Shown: one piece after another, positions 19,940 through 29,163 of the stretch | How the letters are laid out: each line of letters begins with the position of its first letter | Position numbering within the stretch: position 1 is the stretch's first letter | Assembly: GCA_038249055.1 (NCBI GenBank) | Contig: JBBRWS010000008.1 | Location: 1 to 58,853, forward strand | Source: Minisyncoccia bacterium | GTDB lineage: Bacteria > Patescibacteriota > Minisyncoccia > Phycocordibacterales > UBA9973 | Reading direction: 5' to 3' | DNA length: 58,853 bases | Made by a program: the position numbers and the translations under genes | Notes under the pieces: model-generated | What the model was told of the DNA's origin: nothing | The model's database searches: none | What the model saw: the letters and a program-made list of their open reading frames with translations, nothing else

Positions 19940-19984
19940 ACTAGAGGTTCCAGAAGCCCACAATCAATTTTGATTCGGGTTTTT
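19940..19984 (+). promoter_or_regulatory. conserved leader hairpin motif, copy 2 (hsp20 leader)
   Basis: ACTAGAGG...GCCC-AC-AATCAATTTTGATT-CGGGTTTTT after TGATATAAT. Confidence 0.6.
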
Positions 19985-20009
19985 TAATTATTATTTTAAT
20001 ATATATAAT

Positions 20010-20426
20010 ATGTCTATAATAAAATGGGAGCCTTTTAGTGATGTGGATAATTTTTTTCAAGAATTACCAGTTCAACCATTTGGTAAAATCGGTTCAGATT
20101 TAGCAGTTGATTTGTATGAGGAAAAAGAAAACATAATAGCAAAAATGAATTTACCTGGGGTTGATCCAGATAAAATTGATGTTTCTGTCGAGGACAATAT
20201 GTTACATGTTTCAGGTACTCACGAAGAAGAAAAAGAAGAAAAGAAAAAACACTATTACCATAAAGAAATTAAAAAGGGTTCATTTGAACGAGTAGTTTCA
20301 CTTCCCCAGGCTGTAAAAAAGGAGGGCGTTTCTGCAGAATACAAGCATGGTGTTTTAAAAATTATTTTACCTAAAACAAAAAAAGAAGAAAGCGCCCATA
20401 AAATTAAAATTGAGGTTAAAAAATAA
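20010..20426 (+). CDS. Hsp20/alpha-crystallin small heat-shock protein
   Basis: AVDLYE, LPGV, GSFERVVSLP, AEYKHGVLKIILPK. Confidence 0.95.
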   Translation: MSIIKWEPFSDVDNFFQELPVQPFGKIGSDLAVDLYEEKENIIAKMNLPGVDPDKIDVSVEDNMLHVSGTHEEEKEEKKKHYYHKEIKKGSFERVVSLPQAVKKEGVSAEYKHGVLKIILPKTKKEESAHKIKIEVKK

Positions 20427-20431
20427 ATAAT

Positions 20432-20470
20432 ATTAAAAAATCATCTTATAAAATAAGATGATTTTTTAAT
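20432..20470. terminator. bidirectional terminator
   Basis: ATTAAAAAATCATCTTAT-AAA-ATAAGATGATTTTTTAAT. Confidence 0.75.
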
Positions 20471-20504
20471 TACTTACCGTTTGGGACAAAATTAGAAAAT
20501 ATAA

Positions 20505-21035
20505 TTATGGACAAATAAAATGAGAGACCCCAAAATGATAATCACCACTAGTAAGAGTAACCACACCAGGGGTTGGGACAGCTGAAGGATAGTCTAAAAT
20601 ACCATTTGGTCCTGTACTATGAAAAGTGTCGTAACCACATCCACCACTCTCACCTTCATTTTCATCAAATACATAAGGATTACCCCATGGATCAAGTGGT
20701 GGATTAGAAAAACCTAATTTGGACCAATTATTATTTAATATAATTAAACCAGCAGCATTTGAAGCATCATTTAATGGCAATGAATTTCTAAAGGCACAAT
20801 CAGAACAATAATTACCGGTAATTTGACCTGTTGTATTTCCTAGTTCTAATCGCTTTGCAGATATCTGAACTTCTATAGAATGAGCATCTGCTTTTATTTT
20901 TGTTAGCTGAGCTTTCAAACGAGCAGAATTTAAAGAAGCCAAAATTACAGAAGATAATATTCCGATGATAGAGATCACAACAAGAAGTTCTATGAGGGTA
21001 AAACCTTTTTGAAAATTATTTTTCACTAAAATCAT
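20505..21035 (-). CDS. type IV pilin/GspG-like protein (start may be GTG at 21026)
   Basis: KG|FTLIELLVV, SLNSAR, DPWGNPY. Confidence 0.92.
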   Translation of the reverse strand: MILVKNNFQKGFTLIELLVVISIIGILSSVILASLNSARLKAQLTKIKADAHSIEVQISAKRLELGNTTGQITGNYCSDCAFRNSLPLNDASNAAGLIILNNNWSKLGFSNPPLDPWGNPYVFDENEGESGGCGYDTFHSTGPNGILDYPSAVPTPGVVTLTSGDYHFGVSHFICP

Positions 21036-21074
21036 TATACAATATAAAAACAATTTAATTTAATACAGAAATGA

Positions 21075-21560
21075 CTATAAACAAGTAAAATCAGGATCTT
21101 GATATCTAGAATACCAAACTGCTGCACCAGTTGATTCGTTTCTATAACCCAGAGCAAGACCAGATCCTGTATAACAATAATACTTATAAGCATAAGTTCC
21201 AGCTGGAGACATATCTCCAGTCATGTCATTTATAGGATCAATTGGGACTTGCTTTGTTATTCCTCCGGTCACCAAAAAATTCATAAATGTTGGAGATCCT
21301 AATGGTTGAGAACTATAATCCCAACCACCAGAATTTGCATCACTATATACACTTGTTCTAGGAATACCTCCATATTCAAGATGGTACATAACAAGCATTT
21401 TATAAATATTTTGTATATCTGCTTTTCTTACAGCATCTCGAGCTTTTACTCTAGCGCTGTTTAGAGACGCCAAAACAATAGTGGAAAGAGTGCCTACAAT
21501 TGCAATAACAACCAATAGTTCAATTAAAGTAAAACCTTTTTGATATTTGAACTTAGACAT
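21075..21560 (-). CDS. type IV pilin/GspG-like protein (start moved to MSKFKY)
   Basis: KG|FTLIELLVV, ARDAVRKAD, PIDP. Confidence 0.92.
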   Translation of the reverse strand: MSKFKYQKGFTLIELLVVIAIVGTLSTIVLASLNSARVKARDAVRKADIQNIYKMLVMYHLEYGGIPRTSVYSDANSGGWDYSSQPLGSPTFMNFLVTGGITKQVPIDPINDMTGDMSPAGTYAYKYYCYTGSGLALGYRNESTGAAVWYSRYQDPDFTCL

Positions 21561-21570
21561 AATTAAATAA

Positions 21571-22062
21571 TTAATAATTTTTAGCATCAGGGGTATAAAC
21601 AGAGAAAGATTTTGTTGTACCATTTGAATATTCGAGAGACTCAGGAACATTCCCCTCTACTGTAGTAAATATTACAAAATTATAATTATTATCATCATTT
21701 GATCTATAAACATAACAACCATTAGTTCCAATAGGTTTAGGGTCAAGAGGTAGGATACTAATATAATTTGGTGCAAGATTTGGAATATAACCTGTTGCTC
21801 CTGTGGTACCATAAGAACCATAATAAGAGCAATTTCCTCTCCAGCCTGGGGAATAAGGATACTTACCATTATCACTATAATATGTTTCTAAAGCTTTCTG
21901 TACCTCTCTTAAATCTGAAAGTCTTTTTGTATCTCGTGCTTTAGCTCTTGCAGAATTTAAAGAAGCTAAAACTACAGAAGAAAGTATTCCGATAATAGAG
22001 ATGACAACAAGAAGTTCTATGAGGGTGAAACCTTTTTGAGAATTATTTTTCACTAAAATCAT
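21571..22062 (-). CDS. type IV pilin/GspG-like protein (start at MILVKNN or the following GTG)
   Basis: KG|FTLIELLVV, ARDTKRLSDL, YYSDNGKYP, LPLDP. Confidence 0.92.
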   Translation of the reverse strand: MILVKNNSQKGFTLIELLVVISIIGILSSVVLASLNSARAKARDTKRLSDLREVQKALETYYSDNGKYPYSPGWRGNCSYYGSYGTTGATGYIPNLAPNYISILPLDPKPIGTNGCYVYRSNDDNNYNFVIFTTVEGNVPESLEYSNGTTKSFSVYTPDAKNY

Positions 22063-22104
22063 TATACATGATAATAAATAATTTTTAAAATTAGAGATAT
22101 GGAT

Positions 22105-22276
22105 TTGGGAACAGGGACCGCGAGTACGCCTTTCGGCTACCACGTAGCCAGGTACTTTTCGCTCTGGCTAATGCCAGAGAACGAAAAGTCTTTCGAATCC
22201 CTGACGCGACTGAAGCAGTTCAGTCGCTTTCCCAAGCAAATAAAAATAGCCCTTTAACAAGGGTTATTTTTATTTG
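22105..22276 (-). mobile_element. tRNA-Gln-associated antisense/scaffold element (cleanest copy)
   Basis: Hairpin, antisense acceptor, 25-nt hairpin (22204-22228), antisense T-arm (22192-22203), 74-nt scaffold A, 13-nt direct repeat of tRNA 3' end (22105-22117). Confidence 0.8.
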
Positions 22277-22347
22277 CTTGGGAACAGGGATTCGAACCCC
22301 AATTAACGGCTTCAAAGGCCGCTGTCCTACCATTAGACGATTCCCAA
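22277..22347 (-). tRNA. tRNA-Gln(TTG), no encoded CCA
   Basis: Acceptor TTGGGAA/TTCCCAA, anticodon loop CTTTGAA, T-loop TTCGAAT. Confidence 0.95.
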
Positions 22348-22464
22348 ATATATAAATACTTACGCTGACAAAAAAAGCCAAATATTTAAACTCCTATAGA
22401 ATACCTTAAAAATAGTTATTTTTCAACTATTCAACGCCTATATAAAATATGATACAATATACGC

Positions 22465-23487
22465 ATGCATATAAGTTCAACAGAAAAATATTTCTTGTTC
22501 ACATTATTATCAATAACGATTATATTAACACTTTTAATTCTTTATCCTTTTCTTGCTATGTTTATATTAGCAGCAGCTTTTGCTGTGGTACTTAATCCTA
22601 TCTATTTATGGATTAAAGTAAATATAGTTAAAAATATATCTTGGTTAGCATCTATTCTAACTGTAATCATTTTTCTTTTATTTTTATGTGTTCCGTTATT
22701 TTTTGTAGGTAAAGCTATCTTTATACAAACACAAAATATTTATTATAATATTGTAAACTCAGGAACTTCGGGTCATTTTATAGCAACAATAGATGCATCT
22801 ATAACAAAATTTTTACCAAGTGGTTTTAATTTTGATATACATTCTAAAATAATAGAATTGGTCTCCTCATTATCGAGCAATCTAGCCAAATTTTTCTCAT
22901 CAACTCTAAACTCTATTATCATGTTCATCTTAATGATATTTACTCTTTTTTATCTACTAAAAGATGGAGAACAATGGGAAAAAGGCTTACTAAAAATTCT
23001 ACCCCTTCGAGAAGAAAATACAAATGAAATTCTTAAAAATCTTAAAACATCTATTAATAAAATATTTAAGGGATCATTTATAATAGCTATTTCACAGGGA
23101 ATTCTTGCTTGGTTTGGTTTTATGATTTTCGGTGTTCCTAATGCTGTTATTTGGGCTGTTGTTGCAGGTATTGCTTCATTTGTGCCAACAATAGGAACTT
23201 CAGTAGTTTCTGTCCCTGCAATTTTATTTTTATTCTTTACAGGAATGCAAATGCAGGCTCTTGGCCTTCTTATTTGGTCCATACTTCTTATTGGAATGAT
23301 AGATAATCTATTGAGCCCATATATAATTTCAAAAGATACTGAAATACCATCTTTGTTTATTCTTTTTTCAATTCTAGGAGCGTTGTCATTAGTAGGACCA
23401 ATTGGAATTCTTATTGGTCCCCTAGTATTAAGTTTACTATATAGTCTTATTTCTATTTACAAAAAAGAAATTCAAGAATCAAACTGA
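22465..23487 (+). CDS. AI-2E family transporter
   Basis: LFYLLKDG, QGILA, FVPTIG, IDNLLSP, GILIGP pattern. Confidence 0.9.
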   Translation: MHISSTEKYFLFTLLSITIILTLLILYPFLAMFILAAAFAVVLNPIYLWIKVNIVKNISWLASILTVIIFLLFLCVPLFFVGKAIFIQTQNIYYNIVNSGTSGHFIATIDASITKFLPSGFNFDIHSKIIELVSSLSSNLAKFFSSTLNSIIMFILMIFTLFYLLKDGEQWEKGLLKILPLREENTNEILKNLKTSINKIFKGSFIIAISQGILAWFGFMIFGVPNAVIWAVVAGIASFVPTIGTSVVSVPAILFLFFTGMQMQALGLLIWSILLIGMIDNLLSPYIISKDTEIPSLFILFSILGALSLVGPIGILIGPLVLSLLYSLISIYKKEIQESN

Positions 23488-24732
23488 CATCCCAGCTATA
23501 TATCCAGTAGTCCAACAAATCTGTAGTGAATAACCTCCGGAGTTGCGATTCAAATGCAATAAATCTCCAGTAACATATAAATTCTCATATAATTTTGAAC
23601 GCATAGTTTTCATGTCTATTTCAGAAAGTGAAACTCCGCCGTTAACTACAACTGCTCTGTCGTACCCCATTAATCCAACTACAGTAATTGGTAGTGCTTT
23701 CAATAACTTTACTATCATACGTCTTTCTTCTTTTGTGATACTATGCACTTTTGTTTCAAGGTCCACAAAATTGATTACTTTTTGGAGAGCTTGAGCCATC
23801 CCCTCTGGAACGAATTCTTTTATAATCGTTTTTAATATTTTATTTTTATTTAAATCAAAGACTTTTATTATTCTATCTTCAAGTAAACTATTATTTGTAT
23901 CTGGATATAAATCTATAAATGCAGTTACCTCACCTTTTTCTAAAAGTATATTAATTTTATTCGCACTATTTAAAATAAGAGGTCCAGAAAGACCAAAATG
24001 TGTAAATAAAATTTTACCTTTTTTTGAAAATTGATTTTTACCATTGAGACAAAAAGTTATCTTCATAAAAGAAAGCGTGGTCCCTGCTAAACTTTTAACC
24101 CAATCTTCTTTTATTTCAATAGGGACAATGTCTGGGGTCGGTTCTGTTATTGTATGCCCTAGTACCTCTAAAAATTTATAACCATCACCAGTTGAACCTG
24201 TTTCAGGATGTGACATTCCTCCTGTAGCGAGTATGAAAGATTTTGCATAAAATTGACCTTGATTGGTATTAATATTTATTATTTTATTATCATTATGAAT
24301 AATATTTGAAACAATACAATTTGTCCTTATTTCTACCTTATTTTTTATTAATTCTTTATATAAAACATTAAAAACATCAACTGCTTTTTCTGATGCGGGA
24401 AAAACACGATTACGCGCTTGCACAACAAGTGGTAATCCTCGTGTTTCAAAATATGTGAATGTATCTTTAACTCCAAAAATAGAAAAAGGTGAATATAAAT
24501 GTGGAGCTCCTTCTCCATAAACTTTAAGTAATTTATGAATATCTGGCTCATTATTTGTAATATTACACCTACCTCCTCCAGTAATTTTTAGTTTTTCACC
24601 AAGAGCCGTATTTTTATCTACAATTAAGACAGACAAAGAACGAGATGCGGATACAGCTGCAGCCATCATCCCAGAGGCACCACCCCCCATAATAATAACA
24701 TCCCAAATTTTATTTTTATTATTTTTCAGCAT
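23479..24732 (-). CDS. HI0933/BaiN-like flavoprotein
   Basis: GGGASG, GEKLKITGGGRCNITN, LFTHFGLSGP, GGYSLQ. Confidence 0.92.
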   Translation of the reverse strand: MLKNNKNKIWDVIIMGGGASGMMAAAVSASRSLSVLIVDKNTALGEKLKITGGGRCNITNNEPDIHKLLKVYGEGAPHLYSPFSIFGVKDTFTYFETRGLPLVVQARNRVFPASEKAVDVFNVLYKELIKNKVEIRTNCIVSNIIHNDNKIININTNQGQFYAKSFILATGGMSHPETGSTGDGYKFLEVLGHTITEPTPDIVPIEIKEDWVKSLAGTTLSFMKITFCLNGKNQFSKKGKILFTHFGLSGPLILNSANKINILLEKGEVTAFIDLYPDTNNSLLEDRIIKVFDLNKNKILKTIIKEFVPEGMAQALQKVINFVDLETKVHSITKEERRMIVKLLKALPITVVGLMGYDRAVVVNGGVSLSEIDMKTMRSKLYENLYVTGDLLHLNRNSGGYSLQICWTTGYIAGMSV

Positions 24733-25774
24733 TTAGAATTTTCAACAAAGCAAGCTCAAGTGGCAGTTCGTTTATGATAGAAGTGCGAAGCGATTGATAA
24801 GCATTAAGTAAAATCAAGAGTGTGGATGAAGATATATGTTCTGGTTTGGTGTAAACTAATTTTTCTAAATAAATCATGTCTCGTTCACTTATACTATTTT
24901 CAATAGATTTCTTTGCACTTGGTACATAACGAAGCATAAGTGCATATCGAAGCTTATATAAAATCATTTTTATATAAACACCCATATCAATATTTTGTTT
25001 AACGGCTTTTTCTATAGAAATAAAACCTTTTTCAATATCATTTGTTGCAATTGAATCTAAAAAACTATCAACAAGCGTGGTGTTAGGTGCTCCTGTAATT
25101 TCTTCAATTTCTTTTATATTTATTATTTTATCTCTAGAAAAAGAAATAACTTTTTGAAGAGTTCCTAATGCATCTCTAAACGCACCATCTGCAAGTAAAG
25201 CTATCAACTCTGCTCCACCTTCTTCTAATTTATAACCTTCTTTTTTTGCAACACTTGTAACAACTTGAGCGAGTATTACATCATTTGGTTTTTTAAAAAC
25301 AAAACTCTGACAACGAGAAATAATTGTTTCAGGAATTTTTTCTAGTTCTGTGGTAGCAAGAATAAATATTACATGTTCAGGTGGTTCTTCAATTGTTTTA
25401 AGAAGTGCATTCCAAGCTTCTTTTGTAAACATATGAACTTCATCTAAAATATAAATCTTATATTTTGAATCAAAAGGTAAAGTTCGAACACTCTCATTTA
25501 TATCTCTTACATCATCTATCCCCCGATTACTAGCTGCATCCATTTCATTAATGTCGTTTACAGAAGTTCCCAATTCACGGGCAATTATACGCGCAATAGT
25601 AGTTTTGCCTGTTCCACGAGGACCACATAAAAGGTAAGCATGAGCCACCTTACCAGCAGCCAAACTACCTGAAATAGCCTTTACTATATGGTCTTGACCC
25701 ATAACTTCTTCAAAACTTTCTGGTCTATATTTTCTATATAATGCGATATTTGAGTCTTTCTTAGATTCTTTCAT
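24719..25774 (-). CDS. dnaX: DNA polymerase III gamma/tau, short form
   Basis: LYRKYRP, GPRGTGKT, DAASNRG, DEVHM, LKTIEEPP, SRC. Confidence 0.95.
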   Translation of the reverse strand: MKESKKDSNIALYRKYRPESFEEVMGQDHIVKAISGSLAAGKVAHAYLLCGPRGTGKTTIARIIARELGTSVNDINEMDAASNRGIDDVRDINESVRTLPFDSKYKIYILDEVHMFTKEAWNALLKTIEEPPEHVIFILATTELEKIPETIISRCQSFVFKKPNDVILAQVVTSVAKKEGYKLEEGGAELIALLADGAFRDALGTLQKVISFSRDKIINIKEIEEITGAPNTTLVDSFLDSIATNDIEKGFISIEKAVKQNIDMGVYIKMILYKLRYALMLRYVPSAKKSIENSISERDMIYLEKLVYTKPEHISSSTLLILLNAYQSLRTSIINELPLELALLKILNAEK

Positions 25775-25791
25775 ATTTGTAGTATAACAAA

Positions 25792-26757
25792 TTAATGATT
25801 ATTGAGAAATTTTTTAACTATAGCTTCTACTTCAGAAGCTATTTTTGTCTCCATTAATTCTACCCGTAATTCTTTCGCTCCATCAAAGCCATTTACATAG
25901 GCCTTATAATGTTTCTTCATAACAGCAAAGTTTTTATGTCCACCTAAAATTTTTTCAAATAATTTTGTATGCTCTATCATGACTTTTAATTTTTCTTTTA
26001 TAGTTGGAACTTTCCCTGAAAATAACCAAGGGTTTCCAAAAATTCCTCTGCCTACCATTATCCCATCACAGCCAGTCTCGAAGGCAAGGAGCCTCCCCTG
26101 TTCCAAATCTTTTACATCACCATTCCCTATTATCTTTGTCTTTACTCCCATTTTATTTCTTATATCTACCACTTCTTTAACATGCTCCCATCTTGCAGGA
26201 ACTAGTGACATTTCTTTACGAGTACGAGCATGAATAGTTAGTGCGTCTATATCTTGAGATAACAAAAATGGAATCCATTCACTAATTTGATTTTTATTGT
26301 AACCAATACGAGTCTTTACTGAAACAGAAATATTTTTCTTTTTTGAATCTTTAATTCCATCTTTAACCGCCTCTATTATCTCACCTGCTTTCTTCATATC
26401 CTTCATCATTGCTGCTCCTGCTCCTTGTTTCTCTACTGATCTATCTGGACAACCCATATTAATATCTATTCCATCAAAACCAAGAGACGCTACATATTTT
26501 GATGCCTCTCTCATTTTAATGGGGTTTGAAGAAAATAATTGAGCAATGATTGGTTTTTCTTTTTTTGAAAATATTAAATTATTCTTTAGTACCTCTCGTC
26601 CAGGACTTGAAAGTCCATCGGCAGAAACAAACTCTGTCCACATTACGTCTGGTTTCCCATATTTAGAGATAACACTCCTAAAAGAAGCATCAGTGACATC
26701 AGCCATTGGCGCTAAACAAAAAAACGGTTTTGGTAATTTATCCCAGAATTTTTTCAT
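25792..26757 (-). CDS. tRNA-dihydrouridine synthase
   Basis: LAPMADVTD, DINMGCP, VSVKTRIG, IHART, GNGD, GRG..GNPW. Confidence 0.93.
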   Translation of the reverse strand: MKKFWDKLPKPFFCLAPMADVTDASFRSVISKYGKPDVMWTEFVSADGLSSPGREVLKNNLIFSKKEKPIIAQLFSSNPIKMREASKYVASLGFDGIDINMGCPDRSVEKQGAGAAMMKDMKKAGEIIEAVKDGIKDSKKKNISVSVKTRIGYNKNQISEWIPFLLSQDIDALTIHARTRKEMSLVPARWEHVKEVVDIRNKMGVKTKIIGNGDVKDLEQGRLLAFETGCDGIMVGRGIFGNPWLFSGKVPTIKEKLKVMIEHTKLFEKILGGHKNFAVMKKHYKAYVNGFDGAKELRVELMETKIASEVEAIVKKFLNNH

Positions 26758-26768
26758 TTGTTTTTTAG

Positions 26769-26854
26769 GGAATTTAGAATGTACTCAGACGAATTGGTCT
26801 GGCCCCTCATCCTCCCTCGTCCGAGGACCTGAGTATGAATATTTTCTAAATTCC
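26769..26854. repeat. multibranch intergenic stem-loop with GC-rich core
   Basis: GGAATTTAGAA/TTCTAAATTCC outer stem, TACTCAG/CTGAGTA inner stem, CCTCG-TC-CGAGG hairpin. Confidence 0.6.
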
Positions 26855-26874
26855 TTTATAACTAGAACTCATTA

Positions 26875-27741
26875 TTATTGAAACTTATATAAGACCTTGT
26901 TATTAAAGCGAAGATCTATATATAAGAGCGTATTATACTTTGAATTAATCTCTTCGGCAAATTCTCTCTTTCTCATAGAAAGAGCAAGATTGTCATATAT
27001 TGTTTCTAGTACATTATCATTCTTAAAAATTATTTTTGGGATAGAGTCATTTACTGCATGGCTCAAATATAATGAATTTATTCCATCTTGCCCTAATACT
27101 ATGTAAATAGGGTTTAAACCAAGAGAATTAATTTTATCCATAAACCGGGTTAATTCATGAAAACGATTAACATCAATCATTTGTTTGCCGAGAGGACTAA
27201 TAATATTTCCTTCTATTGTTCCATAATACTTAAAATATACATTTCCAGAAAAATATGGGGCCTCATCAAAAATAAATCCATCGTCATTTATAAAATAACA
27301 ATTTTCTCCTACTTGCTCTATATCTTGAGGAATATTTGGACCACAATAAAGAGAAGATCCTACTCTTTCAATTATTTCAATATGTAAAGTTTTTAAATTA
27401 TCACGATAGATAGAAAGTGATTCTATCCTTGGGAAATTTAAAATTAAATTATTATAAATTTGCTTATGTGGATAAATAAAACTATTTGCTCTAGAAAAAA
27501 GATGAAAATATTTACCTGAAATATCTTTGTAAATTTCTTCTTCAATATCTACTTTATCTATAATATGAGTACCAGTTATAACAACCTTATCAATAATTAT
27601 ATTTTTATTACCTGAAAAATAGGAAGTAGCCCCAATAATAGAAATGAGTAAAATAAAAAAAAGAATAGATAACCGAAACAAGCGAATACGGCGATTATGC
27701 CTTATTTCTATAATTCGTGGAGATGTTGGTATATCTCTCAT
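26875..27741 (-). CDS. FtsQ/DivIB-like cell division protein
   Basis: Basic N-terminus plus TM, POTRA-like region, C-terminal YIDLRFNNKVLYK. Confidence 0.75.
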   Translation of the reverse strand: MRDIPTSPRIIEIRHNRRIRLFRLSILFFILLISIIGATSYFSGNKNIIIDKVVITGTHIIDKVDIEEEIYKDISGKYFHLFSRANSFIYPHKQIYNNLILNFPRIESLSIYRDNLKTLHIEIIERVGSSLYCGPNIPQDIEQVGENCYFINDDGFIFDEAPYFSGNVYFKYYGTIEGNIISPLGKQMIDVNRFHELTRFMDKINSLGLNPIYIVLGQDGINSLYLSHAVNDSIPKIIFKNDNVLETIYDNLALSMRKREFAEEINSKYNTLLYIDLRFNNKVLYKFQ

Positions 27742-27748
27742 ATTAAAT

Positions 27749-29011
27749 CTATGAAATAATATCTTTACCTAAATATTTTTTCAAAACTTCTGGTATTTTA
27801 ATTGTACCATCTGCTTGTTGAAAATTTTCTACCAAAGACACTAATATGCGAGGGGTTGGAATAGCGGTACAATTAAGAGAATGAGCATATCTTGCTTTAC
27901 CTTCTTCATCACGATACCGAATATTTAAACGGCGAGTTTGAAAATCATGGAAATAAGACGCGGATGAAATCTCGCGATATTTGCTTTCCTTTGGAACCCA
28001 AAGTTCTACATCATATTTTTTAACTTGACCCATTCCTAAATCCCCTCCACAATTAACAACAGTATGATACGGAATACCGAGTGATTCTATAAATTCTTCT
28101 GTATTACGATTTACTTCTTCATGATATTTAACACTCTCAGTATGAGAAGCAGCACAAATAACTACTTGTTCTAATTTATAAAATTCGTGAACTCTTATTA
28201 AGCCTTTTACATCTTTACTGTGACTTCCCGCTTCGCGTCTATAACAAGGAGAAAAACCTAAATATTTTTTGGGTAATTCATCTGCTTTCAAAATTTCATC
28301 AGAATGAAATCCCATAAGGGGAACTTCCGCAGTACCAGCAAGAAAATCACCATCTTGAGTTTTATATAAATCATCTTCACCTTGTGGTAAATAACCTGTC
28401 CCCATAAAAGTTTCTCTTCGGATTATGACAGGCGGTAACACTGGAATAAATCCTTTATCGGAAAAGAAATTAAGAGCATAATTCCAGATGGCCATAGAAA
28501 GACGAGCTCCGTCACCTATAAGAAAATATCCTCTAAAGCCATGAACTTTTGTTCCTCTGTCAAAATCTACCATTTTTAGATTGGTCATTAGTTCAATATG
28601 ATCTTTTGCTTCAAACGAAAATGTTGGTTTTTCTCCCCAAGATTTAACTTCTTGATTGTCGGCATCACTCTCACCTTCAGGAACTGAAATATCTGGAACA
28701 TTTGGAACTTGGAGCATAAAAGACTGCCAAACTAGCATAGTTGCACGTAATTCTTCTTCTTTATCTTTTAATTCATCTTTAACGAGACGCATTTCCTCAA
28801 TCAATTGTCCTCGTGCTTCTTGGCTTAATGTTCCACCCATAGAAACACTCACTTTATTTTGCTCTCCACGCAAAAATTCAACACGAGAAAGAAGTTCTAA
28901 TCTTTTTTCATCAATAGAAAGAAGATTATCAATATCTACTTCAATATGTTTTTTCTTTGCACCCTCTTTAATTATATCTTTATTCTCGCGAATGAATTTA
29001 ATATCTAACAT
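27749..29011 (-). CDS. serS: seryl-tRNA synthetase
   Basis: MLDIKFIR, GTAEVP, YRREAG, RVHEF, EISSAS, ENFQQADG. Confidence 0.97.
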   Translation of the reverse strand: MLDIKFIRENKDIIKEGAKKKHIEVDIDNLLSIDEKRLELLSRVEFLRGEQNKVSVSMGGTLSQEARGQLIEEMRLVKDELKDKEEELRATMLVWQSFMLQVPNVPDISVPEGESDADNQEVKSWGEKPTFSFEAKDHIELMTNLKMVDFDRGTKVHGFRGYFLIGDGARLSMAIWNYALNFFSDKGFIPVLPPVIIRRETFMGTGYLPQGEDDLYKTQDGDFLAGTAEVPLMGFHSDEILKADELPKKYLGFSPCYRREAGSHSKDVKGLIRVHEFYKLEQVVICAASHTESVKYHEEVNRNTEEFIESLGIPYHTVVNCGGDLGMGQVKKYDVELWVPKESKYREISSASYFHDFQTRRLNIRYRDEEGKARYAHSLNCTAIPTPRILVSLVENFQQADGTIKIPEVLKKYLGKDIIS

Positions 29012-29113
29012 CCCAGTACTAAAATCTTATGACTAATTTTTCTCAATTACCCGACTGCCCTACTATCAATATATTTTATCTTAATTTAACTTAATCAAAA
29101 ATTTAGTACGGGA
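29011..29113. mobile_element. MITE-like element at serS start, TCCC...GGGA ends
   Basis: TCCCAGTACTAAA ... TTTAGTACGGGA; CA on both flanks (TG on the coding strand). Confidence 0.6.
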
Positions 29114-29163
29114 CAAGTAATATCTACAGTATATAAAAAAATATTATAATACACAAACAAATC

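Noticed and set aside
19940-19984. preQ1-I riboswitch (AGAGGTTC start looks similar)
   Set aside because: No CCTCT partner strand or A-rich tail; downstream genes are unrelated to queuosine.
22118-22191. Hammerhead ribozyme in scaffold A
   Set aside because: No CUGANGA core; GAAA is not conserved across copies.
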